Of a stretch of 64,000 nt of DNA, positions 9,846-18,151 are shown piece by piece (the stretch's first letter is position 1; each line of letters starts with the position of its first letter). Under the pieces are notes generated by a model. The model was not told the origin of the DNA, did no database searches, and was given only the letters and a program-made list of their open reading frames with translations. The position numbers and the translations under genes were made by a program. The stretch covers positions 864 to 64,863 of the forward strand of contig CBEVQY010000011.1 of NCBI GenBank assembly GCA_965552135.1, written 5' to 3'. This stretch comes from an uncultured bacterium. GTDB taxonomy: Bacteria > UBP14 > UBA6098 > B30-G16.

Positions 9846-10652
9846 ATGAAAAAGCTTTTGTTGCTTTTGCTCGCCCTGAGCTTGTGCTGGGCGATAAGGG
9901 TTGCTCCGGGGTCGTTTTCCACGCAATATGTGCCCCTCGGTCACCCGCAGGACCTGGGCATCTCGTTGGTCTGCACGGTTGATCGGGGCAAGTTCGTTCG
10001 GGTTTCGGTCATCGGTCCCGATGCGGCGGATATGCCCCACTGCGTCGGGTATCGCCCCCTTCCCGAGGTGGAGTGGTTCGTGGTTGAGGGGGGAGACAGC
10101 CTGCCCACCGATTCGTCCGGCACGGCGCGGGCGAAGATGTGGGTCGACATCCCCGACCGACCCGAGCTCTACAACCAGCACTTCGTTGTAAGGCTCTTCG
10201 TCACCTCCCCCGCCGGCGGCATGTTCCAGGCTGCTGTGATTCCGTACTACTTCATCGAGACGCCGCCCCTTGCGGAGCCGCCCGTGCCGCCCGCAGGGAT
10301 CCTTGCCGTCGCACCCTCCGTGGTCGACATAGACCCCGCCGAGGGTGTGGGGTCGTTCGTCGTCTTCAACAACGACACCATATCCCACAGCTACACCCTC
10401 GTCGTCCGCAGGCCGCTGAGGCATTCGCGCAGGTTCCCGAACCTTTCGCCCGGCTTTGTCGCGCTGGACGACACATTGGACGTTCAGTTCTCACCGGAGG
10501 CGCTGCGCATAGACGGCGGCGGACGGAAAGAGGTTTCGGTCAGGTGGAGGGAGGCGGCATCCGCAAGGTCCCCTACTGAGGCGATCATCCTTCTGACCTC
10601 CGACGACGGCACGACGAACTTCGTGAGGGTGAAGCTCAGGGTGGGGGACTGA
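9846..10652 (+). CDS. Secreted two-domain beta-rich protein (unknown function)
   Basis: The signal peptide is MKKLLLLLLALSLCWA. A Pro-rich linker (ETPPLAEPPVPPAG) separates two ~110 aa halves. The gene is co-directional and tightly spaced with the two upstream small genes. Confidence 0.55.
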   Translation: MKKLLLLLLALSLCWAIRVAPGSFSTQYVPLGHPQDLGISLVCTVDRGKFVRVSVIGPDAADMPHCVGYRPLPEVEWFVVEGGDSLPTDSSGTARAKMWVDIPDRPELYNQHFVVRLFVTSPAGGMFQAAVIPYYFIETPPLAEPPVPPAGILAVAPSVVDIDPAEGVGSFVVFNNDTISHSYTLVVRRPLRHSRRFPNLSPGFVALDDTLDVQFSPEALRIDGGGRKEVSVRWREAASARSPTEAIILLTSDDGTTNFVRVKLRVGD

Positions 10653-10657
10653 CGCGG

Positions 10658-11284
10658 TCAGAAGAGCTTTCGCATCGCAAGGAGCTGCTCCAGAGCTTGT
10701 GGGGGTATTTTTTCGTAGCCGTTTAGGATTTCTGCGAGTATTGCCACCCTTGCGATGTGCTCCACAAGCTCCATCCTCAGGTATGCCTGCTCGAGGTCTC
10801 TGCCCACCGTTACGGCGCCGTGGTTTTTGAGGAGCGCGGCGTCGTTTTCGACGAGCGCTTTTGCCGCAGCCTCGGCTGTTTGCGGCGTTGTCGGCACCGC
10901 GTAAGGCGCCGTGGGAACAAAGCCGAGCTTTATCACCCCCTCGGAGACGAGGTCGTTTGGGAGCGTTTTGTTTGAGGATGCGAACGCCGTTGCGAAGGGT
11001 GGGTGCGCGTGCACGATCGCTCCGACGTCGCCGCGGAGGCGGTAGATGACAAGGTGCATCAGGATCTCCGACGAGGGTTTGCCTTCGCCGTCGAGGACGT
11101 GCCCGGAGCCGTCGACCACCAGAACCTGCCGCGGCTCCAAAAAACCCTTCGAGACGCCGCTTGGGGTGATGAGGAACCTGTTCCCCTCCAGGCGAACGCT
11201 TATGTTCCCGTCGCCTGCGGGAAGCATCCCCTGCTGCCAGAGGCGATTGCCCACCTCGCATATCTTGCGCCTGAGGCTGTACAT
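10658..11284 (-). CDS. Class II aldolase/adducin-family protein (fuculose-phosphate aldolase / MTRu-1-P dehydratase-like)
   Basis: It has a Zn-binding His pattern (HLVIYR...HAHPP...HG) and a length and layout typical of the class II aldolase fold. Confidence 0.75.
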   Translation of the reverse strand: MYSLRRKICEVGNRLWQQGMLPAGDGNISVRLEGNRFLITPSGVSKGFLEPRQVLVVDGSGHVLDGEGKPSSEILMHLVIYRLRGDVGAIVHAHPPFATAFASSNKTLPNDLVSEGVIKLGFVPTAPYAVPTTPQTAEAAAKALVENDAALLKNHGAVTVGRDLEQAYLRMELVEHIARVAILAEILNGYEKIPPQALEQLLAMRKLF

Positions 11285-11311
11285 CCCCTCCCTCCGCGCC
11301 TTGGGTGCAGT

Positions 11312-12451
11312 TTATCGGATAAGAAGCAACCGCCCAAGCGCCCTCCCCTTGGAGTCGACGATTATGTAGAGCCCGTTTGGCGTGGATTTGCCGGGCGTCC
11401 ACACGAAGTTTTCGGCGCCCTTCGGTATCTTCGCGACGCAGCGCCCGCCTACGTCGAGTATGGCGGATCCGCCACAGCGCTCGATAACGCACCACCTGCG
11501 GAAGGGGTTTGGGTATGCACGAACTATCCCTCCGCTTTCCCTGCGTTCGGCAAGACCCTCCGACGTCGTTTCGTACCAGAACATATTTGGCACCGAGTCG
11601 TACTCTGTGCGCCATATCTGCACGGCTTCCTGCAACGTGACCCAGCGGAGCCTTCCGGAATCGACGTATGGCGCGAGGCTGTCGAGCATGTCCTCGAACC
11701 TGTCGGTGAACTCGTGCGACAGCAAAGCCTGCGCCACAAAGACGGTGACGGTGTACATCTTGTTTGGGTCGAGCAGACCCGCCTCTGCCTTTTCGATAAG
11801 GTCCCACACGCCCTCCCACGACGACCTGTATCTGCCCACGTGTGGGAGCTTCGAGTCGTCGTGGACGAAGAAGCTGTCGGCGCACTTTGGCTTCCAGATG
11901 CCCGAAACCCAGAGCGTTTCGTCCGCTGTGTGCCATTTCGTTGCCGCGCCCCAGAGGATCTCGGCGGTCCAGACGTAACCCGGGAATGAGTCGGCTTCGA
12001 TGGGGGCGAAGAAGTGCTCAAGGACGGAGCTTTCGGGCGGCATGGCGATAAAACCCCCCACCGTGTGCGACGGCTCCACGCCAACGTCCTCGATGAAGTG
12101 GGCGACGTCGGCGTAGTTGTAAACCGTCTCGTGCGCGTGGGGGTCGATCTCGAAACCCAGGGAGTCGTGCATGTACTCGACGATGTTGAGCCCGCCCGTG
12201 CCTATGCCGCTGTCGTACAGCGCCACCGCGCCCAGGAAGTTCCACTCCGACTGCCAGTTCAGCCTTATGCCGTGCCGGTGGAGCATCCGCGCAAAGTACA
12301 GAAGCTCTGCGCGGTTGGCGTAGAAGAGGTCGGGGTTTTCGATGTAGTTTGGGTTTGTGGGCGGTTCTTCGCTGTGGCTGACTATGCTGGCGTATATCGT
12401 CGGCGCGCTTTGGGCAAAGCATGCGCCCAAAAGGAAAAGAAAAGCCGCCAT
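11312..12451 (-). CDS. Secreted protein with T9SS type-A C-terminal sorting domain (function unknown)
   Basis: The true start is MAAFLFLLGACFA|QSAP (signal peptide, with Q at +1). The upstream in-frame extension is an R-rich shadow. The C-terminus 'VRAYPNPFRRWCVIE...GLYIIV...LLLIR' matches the T9SS CTD pattern. Confidence 0.7.
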   Translation of the reverse strand: MAAFLFLLGACFAQSAPTIYASIVSHSEEPPTNPNYIENPDLFYANRAELLYFARMLHRHGIRLNWQSEWNFLGAVALYDSGIGTGGLNIVEYMHDSLGFEIDPHAHETVYNYADVAHFIEDVGVEPSHTVGGFIAMPPESSVLEHFFAPIEADSFPGYVWTAEILWGAATKWHTADETLWVSGIWKPKCADSFFVHDDSKLPHVGRYRSSWEGVWDLIEKAEAGLLDPNKMYTVTVFVAQALLSHEFTDRFEDMLDSLAPYVDSGRLRWVTLQEAVQIWRTEYDSVPNMFWYETTSEGLAERRESGGIVRAYPNPFRRWCVIERCGGSAILDVGGRCVAKIPKGAENFVWTPGKSTPNGLYIIVDSKGRALGRLLLIR

Positions 12452-12462
12452 GCCCGCCTCCT

Positions 12463-12747
12463 TCAGATTATCCTTATGCTCTTTACGACCTTTCGCCCCA
12501 GCTTTTCGTTTATTTGCTCTGCGATAAGCCCGCGGATGTTGAAGATTTCCTCGCGCCACGTGGGTTCGTCGACCGCAAGCCAAAGCTCGCCGTCCACAAG
12601 CCTGCAGGGCTTTGCGTGCTTCGCAACAGCTTCGCCCACTATCTCCGACCACTCCCGCAGAAGCCTCATCCCCAAGACGTCGTCCCAAAGCCCCGCCTCG
12701 ACGAGGACGTCCCTGAGGAGCTTTCCTATGTGTTTGGGCTCGCTCAA
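12463..12747 (-). CDS. DUF721/DciA-like protein (putative replicative-helicase loader), TTG start overlapping recF stop
   Basis: A ~94 aa protein lies immediately downstream of recF, the conserved recF-DUF721 synteny. The sequence 'LSEPKHIGKLLRDVL...LAVDEPTWREE' is DciA-like. Only a TTG start inside 'AGTTGAGC' is available, overlapping the recF TGA. The longer 181-aa ORF lies on the opposite reading of recF and is rejected. Confidence 0.55.
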   Translation of the reverse strand: MSEPKHIGKLLRDVLVEAGLWDDVLGMRLLREWSEIVGEAVAKHAKPCRLVDGELWLAVDEPTWREEIFNIRGLIAEQINEKLGRKVVKSIRII

Positions 12748-13847
12748 CTTTCCTGCTCGATTTCGCCCGCCGAGCGCAGGATGAACTTCTTCGCGCCCTC
12801 CGCCACCTCGACCTGCTCCGGATGCGGCGTTGCGACTATCGCCTGACCTATCTGCGGCAGGATTTTCATCGCCGCCTTTGCGGCTTTTGGGTCGAGTTCG
12901 GCGAAGGCATCGTCCAGAAGCAGGGTCGGCACGCGACCCGTTCGCTCGCCCAAAAGCCTCGCCGCAGAAAGATAGAGGGCAAGCGATATCATCCTCATCT
13001 GCCCCCACGACGCAAAGCTCCGCGCAGGAAGCTCCCCCAAAAGGATCTCCACATCGTCCCTGTGGGGACCGACCGTTGTCTCGAGGTGTTCGAGCTCGTA
13101 TTTCCTGCGCTCCGCAAGCTTTCGCCTGAACTCCTGGGCAAGTTCTTGGCCTTCGGGGTCGTCTGTCACGGTGCTTTTGTAGACGAGCCTGAGGGTCGGC
13201 AGGGCGCCGTCGGAGATCGCGGCAAATATATCCTGCGCTATGGGCTCGAGCCTGCGGAGGAAGTCGATTCGACCCCTTATCACCTCAACCCCCGCCGAAA
13301 TGAGCTTGTCGTCCCACGCCTCCAGAAGGACCATTCCGCCCGCGACGGTGCCCGAGCTTATCCCCCTAAGCGCTGCGTTCCGCTGGCGGAGGGAGCGGCG
13401 GTATTCGTAGAGCGAGCGTGTGTATTCGGGGTCGTACTGGCAGCGGTGCGAGTCGACGAAAAAGCGCCTCGTCTGCGGCATGCCCGCAACAACCAGTATC
13501 TGGTGCGGACCCACATAGCTTATGGGGAACTTGCCCAAAAGCTCGGAAAGCCTTGGGAGCCTTTTGCCGTTTAGCACGACCCTCTTCTCGCCGTGGGCGG
13601 TGAAGACAACCTCGACTTTGGTCCTGTCCTCGCCCGTTCCGACGACCCTTGCGAACTCTTCGCCCATCCTGACAAACTGTTGGCGTCTTCCGCGGAAGGA
13701 GTTCCCGAAGCCGCAGACGTACGCCGCCTCGAGGAGGTTCGTCTTGCCAACCCCGTTGGGACCGAAGATCACGTTCACGCCGGACGAAAACTCAAGCTGG
13801 GCGTACCCGAAGTTCCTGAAGTTTTCGAGGGAGAGGCTTTGCAGCAT
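12744..13847 (-). CDS. recF: DNA replication and repair protein RecF
   Basis: The N-terminus is 'MLQSLSLENFRNF'. The Walker A is 'GPNGVGKTNLLEA'. The ABC signature/D-loop region reads 'LLLDDAFAELD'. The first 15 codons of the ORF were trimmed. Confidence 0.9.
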   Translation of the reverse strand: MLQSLSLENFRNFGYAQLEFSSGVNVIFGPNGVGKTNLLEAAYVCGFGNSFRGRRQQFVRMGEEFARVVGTGEDRTKVEVVFTAHGEKRVVLNGKRLPRLSELLGKFPISYVGPHQILVVAGMPQTRRFFVDSHRCQYDPEYTRSLYEYRRSLRQRNAALRGISSGTVAGGMVLLEAWDDKLISAGVEVIRGRIDFLRRLEPIAQDIFAAISDGALPTLRLVYKSTVTDDPEGQELAQEFRRKLAERRKYELEHLETTVGPHRDDVEILLGELPARSFASWGQMRMISLALYLSAARLLGERTGRVPTLLLDDAFAELDPKAAKAAMKILPQIGQAIVATPHPEQVEVAEGAKKFILRSAGEIEQES

Positions 13848-13854
13848 TTTCCCT

Positions 13855-14262
13855 TTACCGATTGCGTTTTTCCGGCAGGGCAACAAGCCCAAGGTCCTCT
13901 ATCCCGCCCTCCTTTATTGCGCCAATGACCTTCATGACGGTGCCGTATTCGGTTTTCCTGTCGGCGCGCAGGGCTACGGTGCGGATATTCTTCTTTTGCC
14001 TAAGTTCCCAGATCCGCCGCGCAAGCTCGTCGAGACCAACCTCCGTCCGACCGATGTAAACCCTCCCGTCCGCCGTGACGGAGACGGTGACGGTGCTTTC
14101 GTCGGTCACGTGCGCCGCGCTGCTTCGCGGAAGCGAAAGATCAACCTGGGCGTGCATAAGCGGCGCCGTTATCATAACGATTATAAGAAGCATAAAAAGC
14201 ACGTCGACCATCGATGTGAGGTTCATCTGCGACGAAGGACCGTATCTTTCCCGCCTGCTCAT
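13855..14262 (-). CDS. exbD: Biopolymer transport protein ExbD/TolR family (orphan; no exbB/tonB adjacent)
   Basis: The segment 'MNLTSMVDVLFMLLIIVM' has a single TM, followed by a periplasmic domain of ~135 aa total. Start is taken at MSRRERYG (14262). Confidence 0.75.
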   Translation of the reverse strand: MSRRERYGPSSQMNLTSMVDVLFMLLIIVMITAPLMHAQVDLSLPRSSAAHVTDESTVTVSVTADGRVYIGRTEVGLDELARRIWELRQKKNIRTVALRADRKTEYGTVMKVIGAIKEGGIEDLGLVALPEKRNR

Positions 14263-14385
14263 ACAGTTTATTTTAACCGCAGGGGCGGACGAAGCAACAT
14301 ATTTTGCCTGTGGCGACAAATATTCCTTGACTTGTGCGGCAAAAGGTTTTTTCTGACTTTAGCGGTCATCAAAAAGGGGGGTGCT

Positions 14386-16314
14386 ATGAGGTTGACGTTT
14401 TTCGGCGTTGTTTTGTTGGGTTTTGTGGCTTTGTGTTTCGCTTTTCCGGCTGCGAAGGCGGGCGGATGCGGGGTTGACGTTGCGCCGGGTTTCGTCCCTC
14501 CCCATCCCAAGGGGGTGGCGCTTGTCGATACCGCGCTTTTCGAGAACTTCGACGAATCCGACACCATTCCCCACGGTTGGACCACAATCGACGGCGACGG
14601 CGACGGCTACCCGTGGTTCATTTATATCCATAGCCCCCACTCCGAGCCCTACAGCGCAGGCTCGATCTACAACCCAACGGGCAACGACGACTGGCTCATA
14701 ACGCCGCAAATACACATAGGAAGCAACTACTACCTCGACTTCTGGTACGCTTCGCAGGACCCCGACTGGCTCGAGACGATGGAGGTGCTCGTCTCGACGG
14801 GAGCCGCTGTCCCAGAGGATTTCACTGATCTTATCCTTACGCACGCGGAGATACCGACTGAGTGGCAACACGCCGTAATTGACCTTTCCGCCTACGAGGG
14901 GATGGACATCTACGTCGCTTTCCACAACATCTCCGTCGACGAGTTTATACTTAAGGTCGACGATGTTATGGTGGGGGAGCTTGCGCCGCACGACGTGACC
15001 GTTGAGGTTCCCGAATCGGTGGAGACCTTCTACTCGCCCGGCGATGCCTTTGTGCCTTCTGTTGTTGTTTCCAACTTCGGCGCAAGCACCGAGACGTTCG
15101 ACCTCCACTGCTGGATCGTTCACGCGGGCGACACCCTCTACCACCAGGTTATGACGGTAAGCGGGCTTTCCACCGCCGACGTTGAGGTGGTCGATTTCCC
15201 GCCCTACACGCTCGAGGGTTCGGATTGGGTTTACGAGGTTATCTTTTTCGCCGATGTTGCAGGCGACGCTACAGCCGACGACAACACCGTCTACTATTAC
15301 GTAAACACATATACGAGCACCGAGCGCAAGGTGTTCTTCCAGGAGTTTACCGCCACGACCTGCTATTACTGTCCCCGCGCGACGATGGGACTCCATATGG
15401 TCGAAAACGACTTGGGCGACGATATAATCATCGCCGCCTATCACAGCACCGACTACTTCGGCGACGACGACTTCTACCTCCCCGAGCTTGAGGAGATAGA
15501 CGACTACTACGGCATTACCGGTTATCCGACCGTTGTGGTCAACGGTTCGCTTGGCGAGGTGGTGGGTGGTTATCCGGCGTCGGACGACTACGGCTACGAC
15601 CTTTACATCGACGCATACAACGCAGCCCAGGCTTTGGCTACGGCTTACACCGTTGAGCTTGAGTTTACGAGCTTTTCCTCGGAGGGGTGCGACATACGGA
15701 CCACCGTCACAAAGACGGCTGAGGTGCCGCCCGACGCGGACCTCAGGCTGCGCTACGCGGTGGTCGAAACCGACATCCCATACGTATGGGGCACGGATAC
15801 CGACACGCCGATGGATTCGATATACGACGTCGTCCGTGACCTCGTGACCTCGCCCGACGGAGTGGCGCTTTCGGGCGATCCCGTCGAGGTCGATGAGCAG
15901 CACATCGACTTCGATCCGTCCTGGAACCTCGAGCACTGCTTCGTCATCGCCTACGTGCAGAATGACGCGACCAGAGAGATATACAACGCCGTCAAGGTTC
16001 CGCTTCCTGTGGGTGTTGCTGAGAGCGATGTCAAGCCCAGCTCGCTCAGCTTGACGTGTGCTCCAAACCCGTTCAACGCGTCGTTGGAGGTAAGCTTCGC
16101 CCTGCCTTCGGCTTGCCGCGTCAGGGTCGATGTCTGTGATCTTTCGGGCAGGGTGGTGCAGGCGCTTTTGGATGGGATGCTTTCTTCGGGGGCGCACACG
16201 TTGCGCTGGGACGGCACAGGCGCTTTGGGCGAAAGCCTGCCCTCGGGCGTGTACGTGATAAGGCTTTTTGCCGGCGGCAACGTTCTGGCGAGGCGGGTCG
16301 TTATGGTCAGGTGA
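14386..16314 (+). CDS. Secreted protein with gingipain-type 'cleaved adhesin'/choice-of-anchor-J-like N-terminal domain and T9SS type-A CTD
   Basis: An AAAAGGGGGG SD precedes ATG 14386, and the signal peptide is MRLTFFGVVLLGFVALCFAFPAAKA. The sequence 'GWTTIDGDGDGYPWF...NDDWLITPQI' resembles HA/cleaved-adhesin modules. The C-terminus 'APNPFNASLEVSF...GVYVIRLFAGG' is a CTD. The upstream 288-codon extension of the ORF is a shadow over recF/exbD. Confidence 0.7.
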   Translation: MRLTFFGVVLLGFVALCFAFPAAKAGGCGVDVAPGFVPPHPKGVALVDTALFENFDESDTIPHGWTTIDGDGDGYPWFIYIHSPHSEPYSAGSIYNPTGNDDWLITPQIHIGSNYYLDFWYASQDPDWLETMEVLVSTGAAVPEDFTDLILTHAEIPTEWQHAVIDLSAYEGMDIYVAFHNISVDEFILKVDDVMVGELAPHDVTVEVPESVETFYSPGDAFVPSVVVSNFGASTETFDLHCWIVHAGDTLYHQVMTVSGLSTADVEVVDFPPYTLEGSDWVYEVIFFADVAGDATADDNTVYYYVNTYTSTERKVFFQEFTATTCYYCPRATMGLHMVENDLGDDIIIAAYHSTDYFGDDDFYLPELEEIDDYYGITGYPTVVVNGSLGEVVGGYPASDDYGYDLYIDAYNAAQALATAYTVELEFTSFSSEGCDIRTTVTKTAEVPPDADLRLRYAVVETDIPYVWGTDTDTPMDSIYDVVRDLVTSPDGVALSGDPVEVDEQHIDFDPSWNLEHCFVIAYVQNDATREIYNAVKVPLPVGVAESDVKPSSLSLTCAPNPFNASLEVSFALPSACRVRVDVCDLSGRVVQALLDGMLSSGAHTLRWDGTGALGESLPSGVYVIRLFAGGNVLARRVVMVR

Positions 16315-16422
16315 CGATTTTGCCGCGGGATCTCCGTCTGGAGGCAGCGCGCTCTTCGTTAGCTTGGGGAGGGCGTTCGCCTTTGGGGGCGTGCTCGCCT
16401 CTTGCGGTGGCGCGCTTGTTGG

Positions 16423-18069
16423 TTATGGGATGTGCGCCTCGTGGTATATCCCTTTCGAGCGCAGGATGGTGTCGTGGCAGTAGAGGGGATCGGGATTGGG
16501 GTGGTCGGCGAGGTAGTGGAGTCCGCGGCTTTCGCGCCGAGCAAGCGCCGAACGGATCATGATCTCGGCAACGTAGGTCATGTTCCGAAGCTCAAGCACT
16601 TTCAGCCTGACGGGGTTTTTGCGGTAGAACTCGTCTATCTCGACCCACATGCTCCTTACGCGCTCAAGCGCCCTGTAGAGCCGCGATATCGAGCGGACTA
16701 TTCCCATGTAGTCCCACATTATCGACCGCAGCACCTGGTAGTTGTGACGGATCACCACCCACTCCCTTCTATCGAAGACGCCGGAGTCGTCCCAGTCGGG
16801 TATCGTCGGGAACTCCTTCGAGCCTATGCCGCGCTTTTTTATGTCTTCGTAGCAGAAGTCGCCGAATGCGAACGCCTCAAGCAGTGAGTTGCTGGCGAGC
16901 CTGTTTGCACCGTGCATCCCCGTGTGGGCTACCTCGCCGCAGGCGTAAAGGTTCTCGATGTCGGTGCGACCGTTCTCGTCGACCATAACGCCGCCGCAGA
17001 TGTAGTGCGCGGCTGGCACCACGGGAATAAGCTCCTTGGTTATGTCTATCCCCTTCCTCAGGCAGGTCTCGTATATCTGTGGGAAGCGCTTTTTGATGAA
17101 GTCAGCCCCCCTGTGGCGAATGTCGAGGTAGACGAACCTGTCGCCCGTCTCCTTGAGCTCTTGGTCGATCGCTCGGGCGACTATGTCCCTTGGGGCAAGC
17201 TCTGCCATGGGGTGATATTTGGGCATGAAGCGCTCCATGCGGGAGTTGAGCAGGATCGCCCCCTCACCTCGCACCGCCTCGGAGATCAAAAACGCCCTCT
17301 GGTCGTCGTCGGAGGGCTCGTAGAGCACCGTTGGGTGGAACTGCATGAACTCCATGTTAGCCACCCTCGCCCCTGCGCGGTACGCCATGGCGATTCCGTC
17401 GCCCGAGGCAACGTGGGAGTTCGTTGTGTGCTGATATAGTTTTCCCGCGCCGCCTGTGGCGAGTATCGTTTTGCGCGCAAGCACGGTGTGGACAACCTCG
17501 GCGTTCACGTCGAAGACGTAGGCGCCGTAGCACTCGATGTCCTCCCACGGTCTCATCGAGTAATTCGGGATGTGGTGTTGTGTGAGCAGGTCAACCGCCA
17601 TGTGGTTTTCGAGGATGGTGATGTTCGGTTCTGCGCGTGCTGCGGAAAGTAGTGCGGTTTCGACGGCTTTCCCCGTGTAGTCGGCGACGTGTACGATTCT
17701 GTTTCGCGAATGCCCACCTTCGCGCCCCAGGGCGGCTTCGCCCTCGCTGCGACGCGTAAACTCAACACCAAGCGCCCCAAGCTGCCTTATCACCTCGGGC
17801 GCGTACCTCACCACCTTCTCGACGATATCGGGCTTGCAAAGACCAGCGCCTGCGCGAAGGGTGTCCTCTATGTGCAGCTCGAATGAATCGTCGGAGCCGG
17901 GCAGGACGGCGGCTATGCCGCCCTGGGCGTAGTAGGTGCTGCCCTCAGAGGCAGCGCTTTTGGATATGACCAGAACCTTCCCAAGCTTTGCTGCCTTAAG
18001 CGCAAACGAAAGCCCCGCTATGCCCGATCCTATAACGAGAAAATCGTAGAAAAGCCTTTTTTTCTGCAT
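16423..18069 (-). CDS. nadB: L-aspartate oxidase
   Basis: An FAD Rossmann motif 'DFLVIGSGIAGLSFA' is present, together with the fumarate-reductase/succinate-dehydrogenase flavoprotein fold. Length and motifs fit NadB better than SdhA. Confidence 0.8.
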   Translation of the reverse strand: MQKKRLFYDFLVIGSGIAGLSFALKAAKLGKVLVISKSAASEGSTYYAQGGIAAVLPGSDDSFELHIEDTLRAGAGLCKPDIVEKVVRYAPEVIRQLGALGVEFTRRSEGEAALGREGGHSRNRIVHVADYTGKAVETALLSAARAEPNITILENHMAVDLLTQHHIPNYSMRPWEDIECYGAYVFDVNAEVVHTVLARKTILATGGAGKLYQHTTNSHVASGDGIAMAYRAGARVANMEFMQFHPTVLYEPSDDDQRAFLISEAVRGEGAILLNSRMERFMPKYHPMAELAPRDIVARAIDQELKETGDRFVYLDIRHRGADFIKKRFPQIYETCLRKGIDITKELIPVVPAAHYICGGVMVDENGRTDIENLYACGEVAHTGMHGANRLASNSLLEAFAFGDFCYEDIKKRGIGSKEFPTIPDWDDSGVFDRREWVVIRHNYQVLRSIMWDYMGIVRSISRLYRALERVRSMWVEIDEFYRKNPVRLKVLELRNMTYVAEIMIRSALARRESRGLHYLADHPNPDPLYCHDTILRSKGIYHEAHIP

Positions 18070-18151
18070 GGCTTTTCTCTTCGATTTGCGGAGGGGGCTC
18101 TGCGGAGCGCAGAGCCCCCGGGATCCAAACGCTGCCTGCTGCCCAGCTGCC

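Noticed and set aside
12748-13008. Longer 181-aa version of the DUF721 ORF starting MGADEDD…
   Set aside because: Its first ~87 codons overlap recF on the same strand in another frame and are G/R-rich. DciA-like proteins are ~90-100 aa.
13522-14385. N-terminal 288-codon extension of the 930-aa ORF (13522-16314)
   Set aside because: The extension overlaps recF and exbD on the other strand and has low-complexity, non-protein-like composition. The real gene starts at ATG 14386, which has a strong SD and a classical signal peptide.
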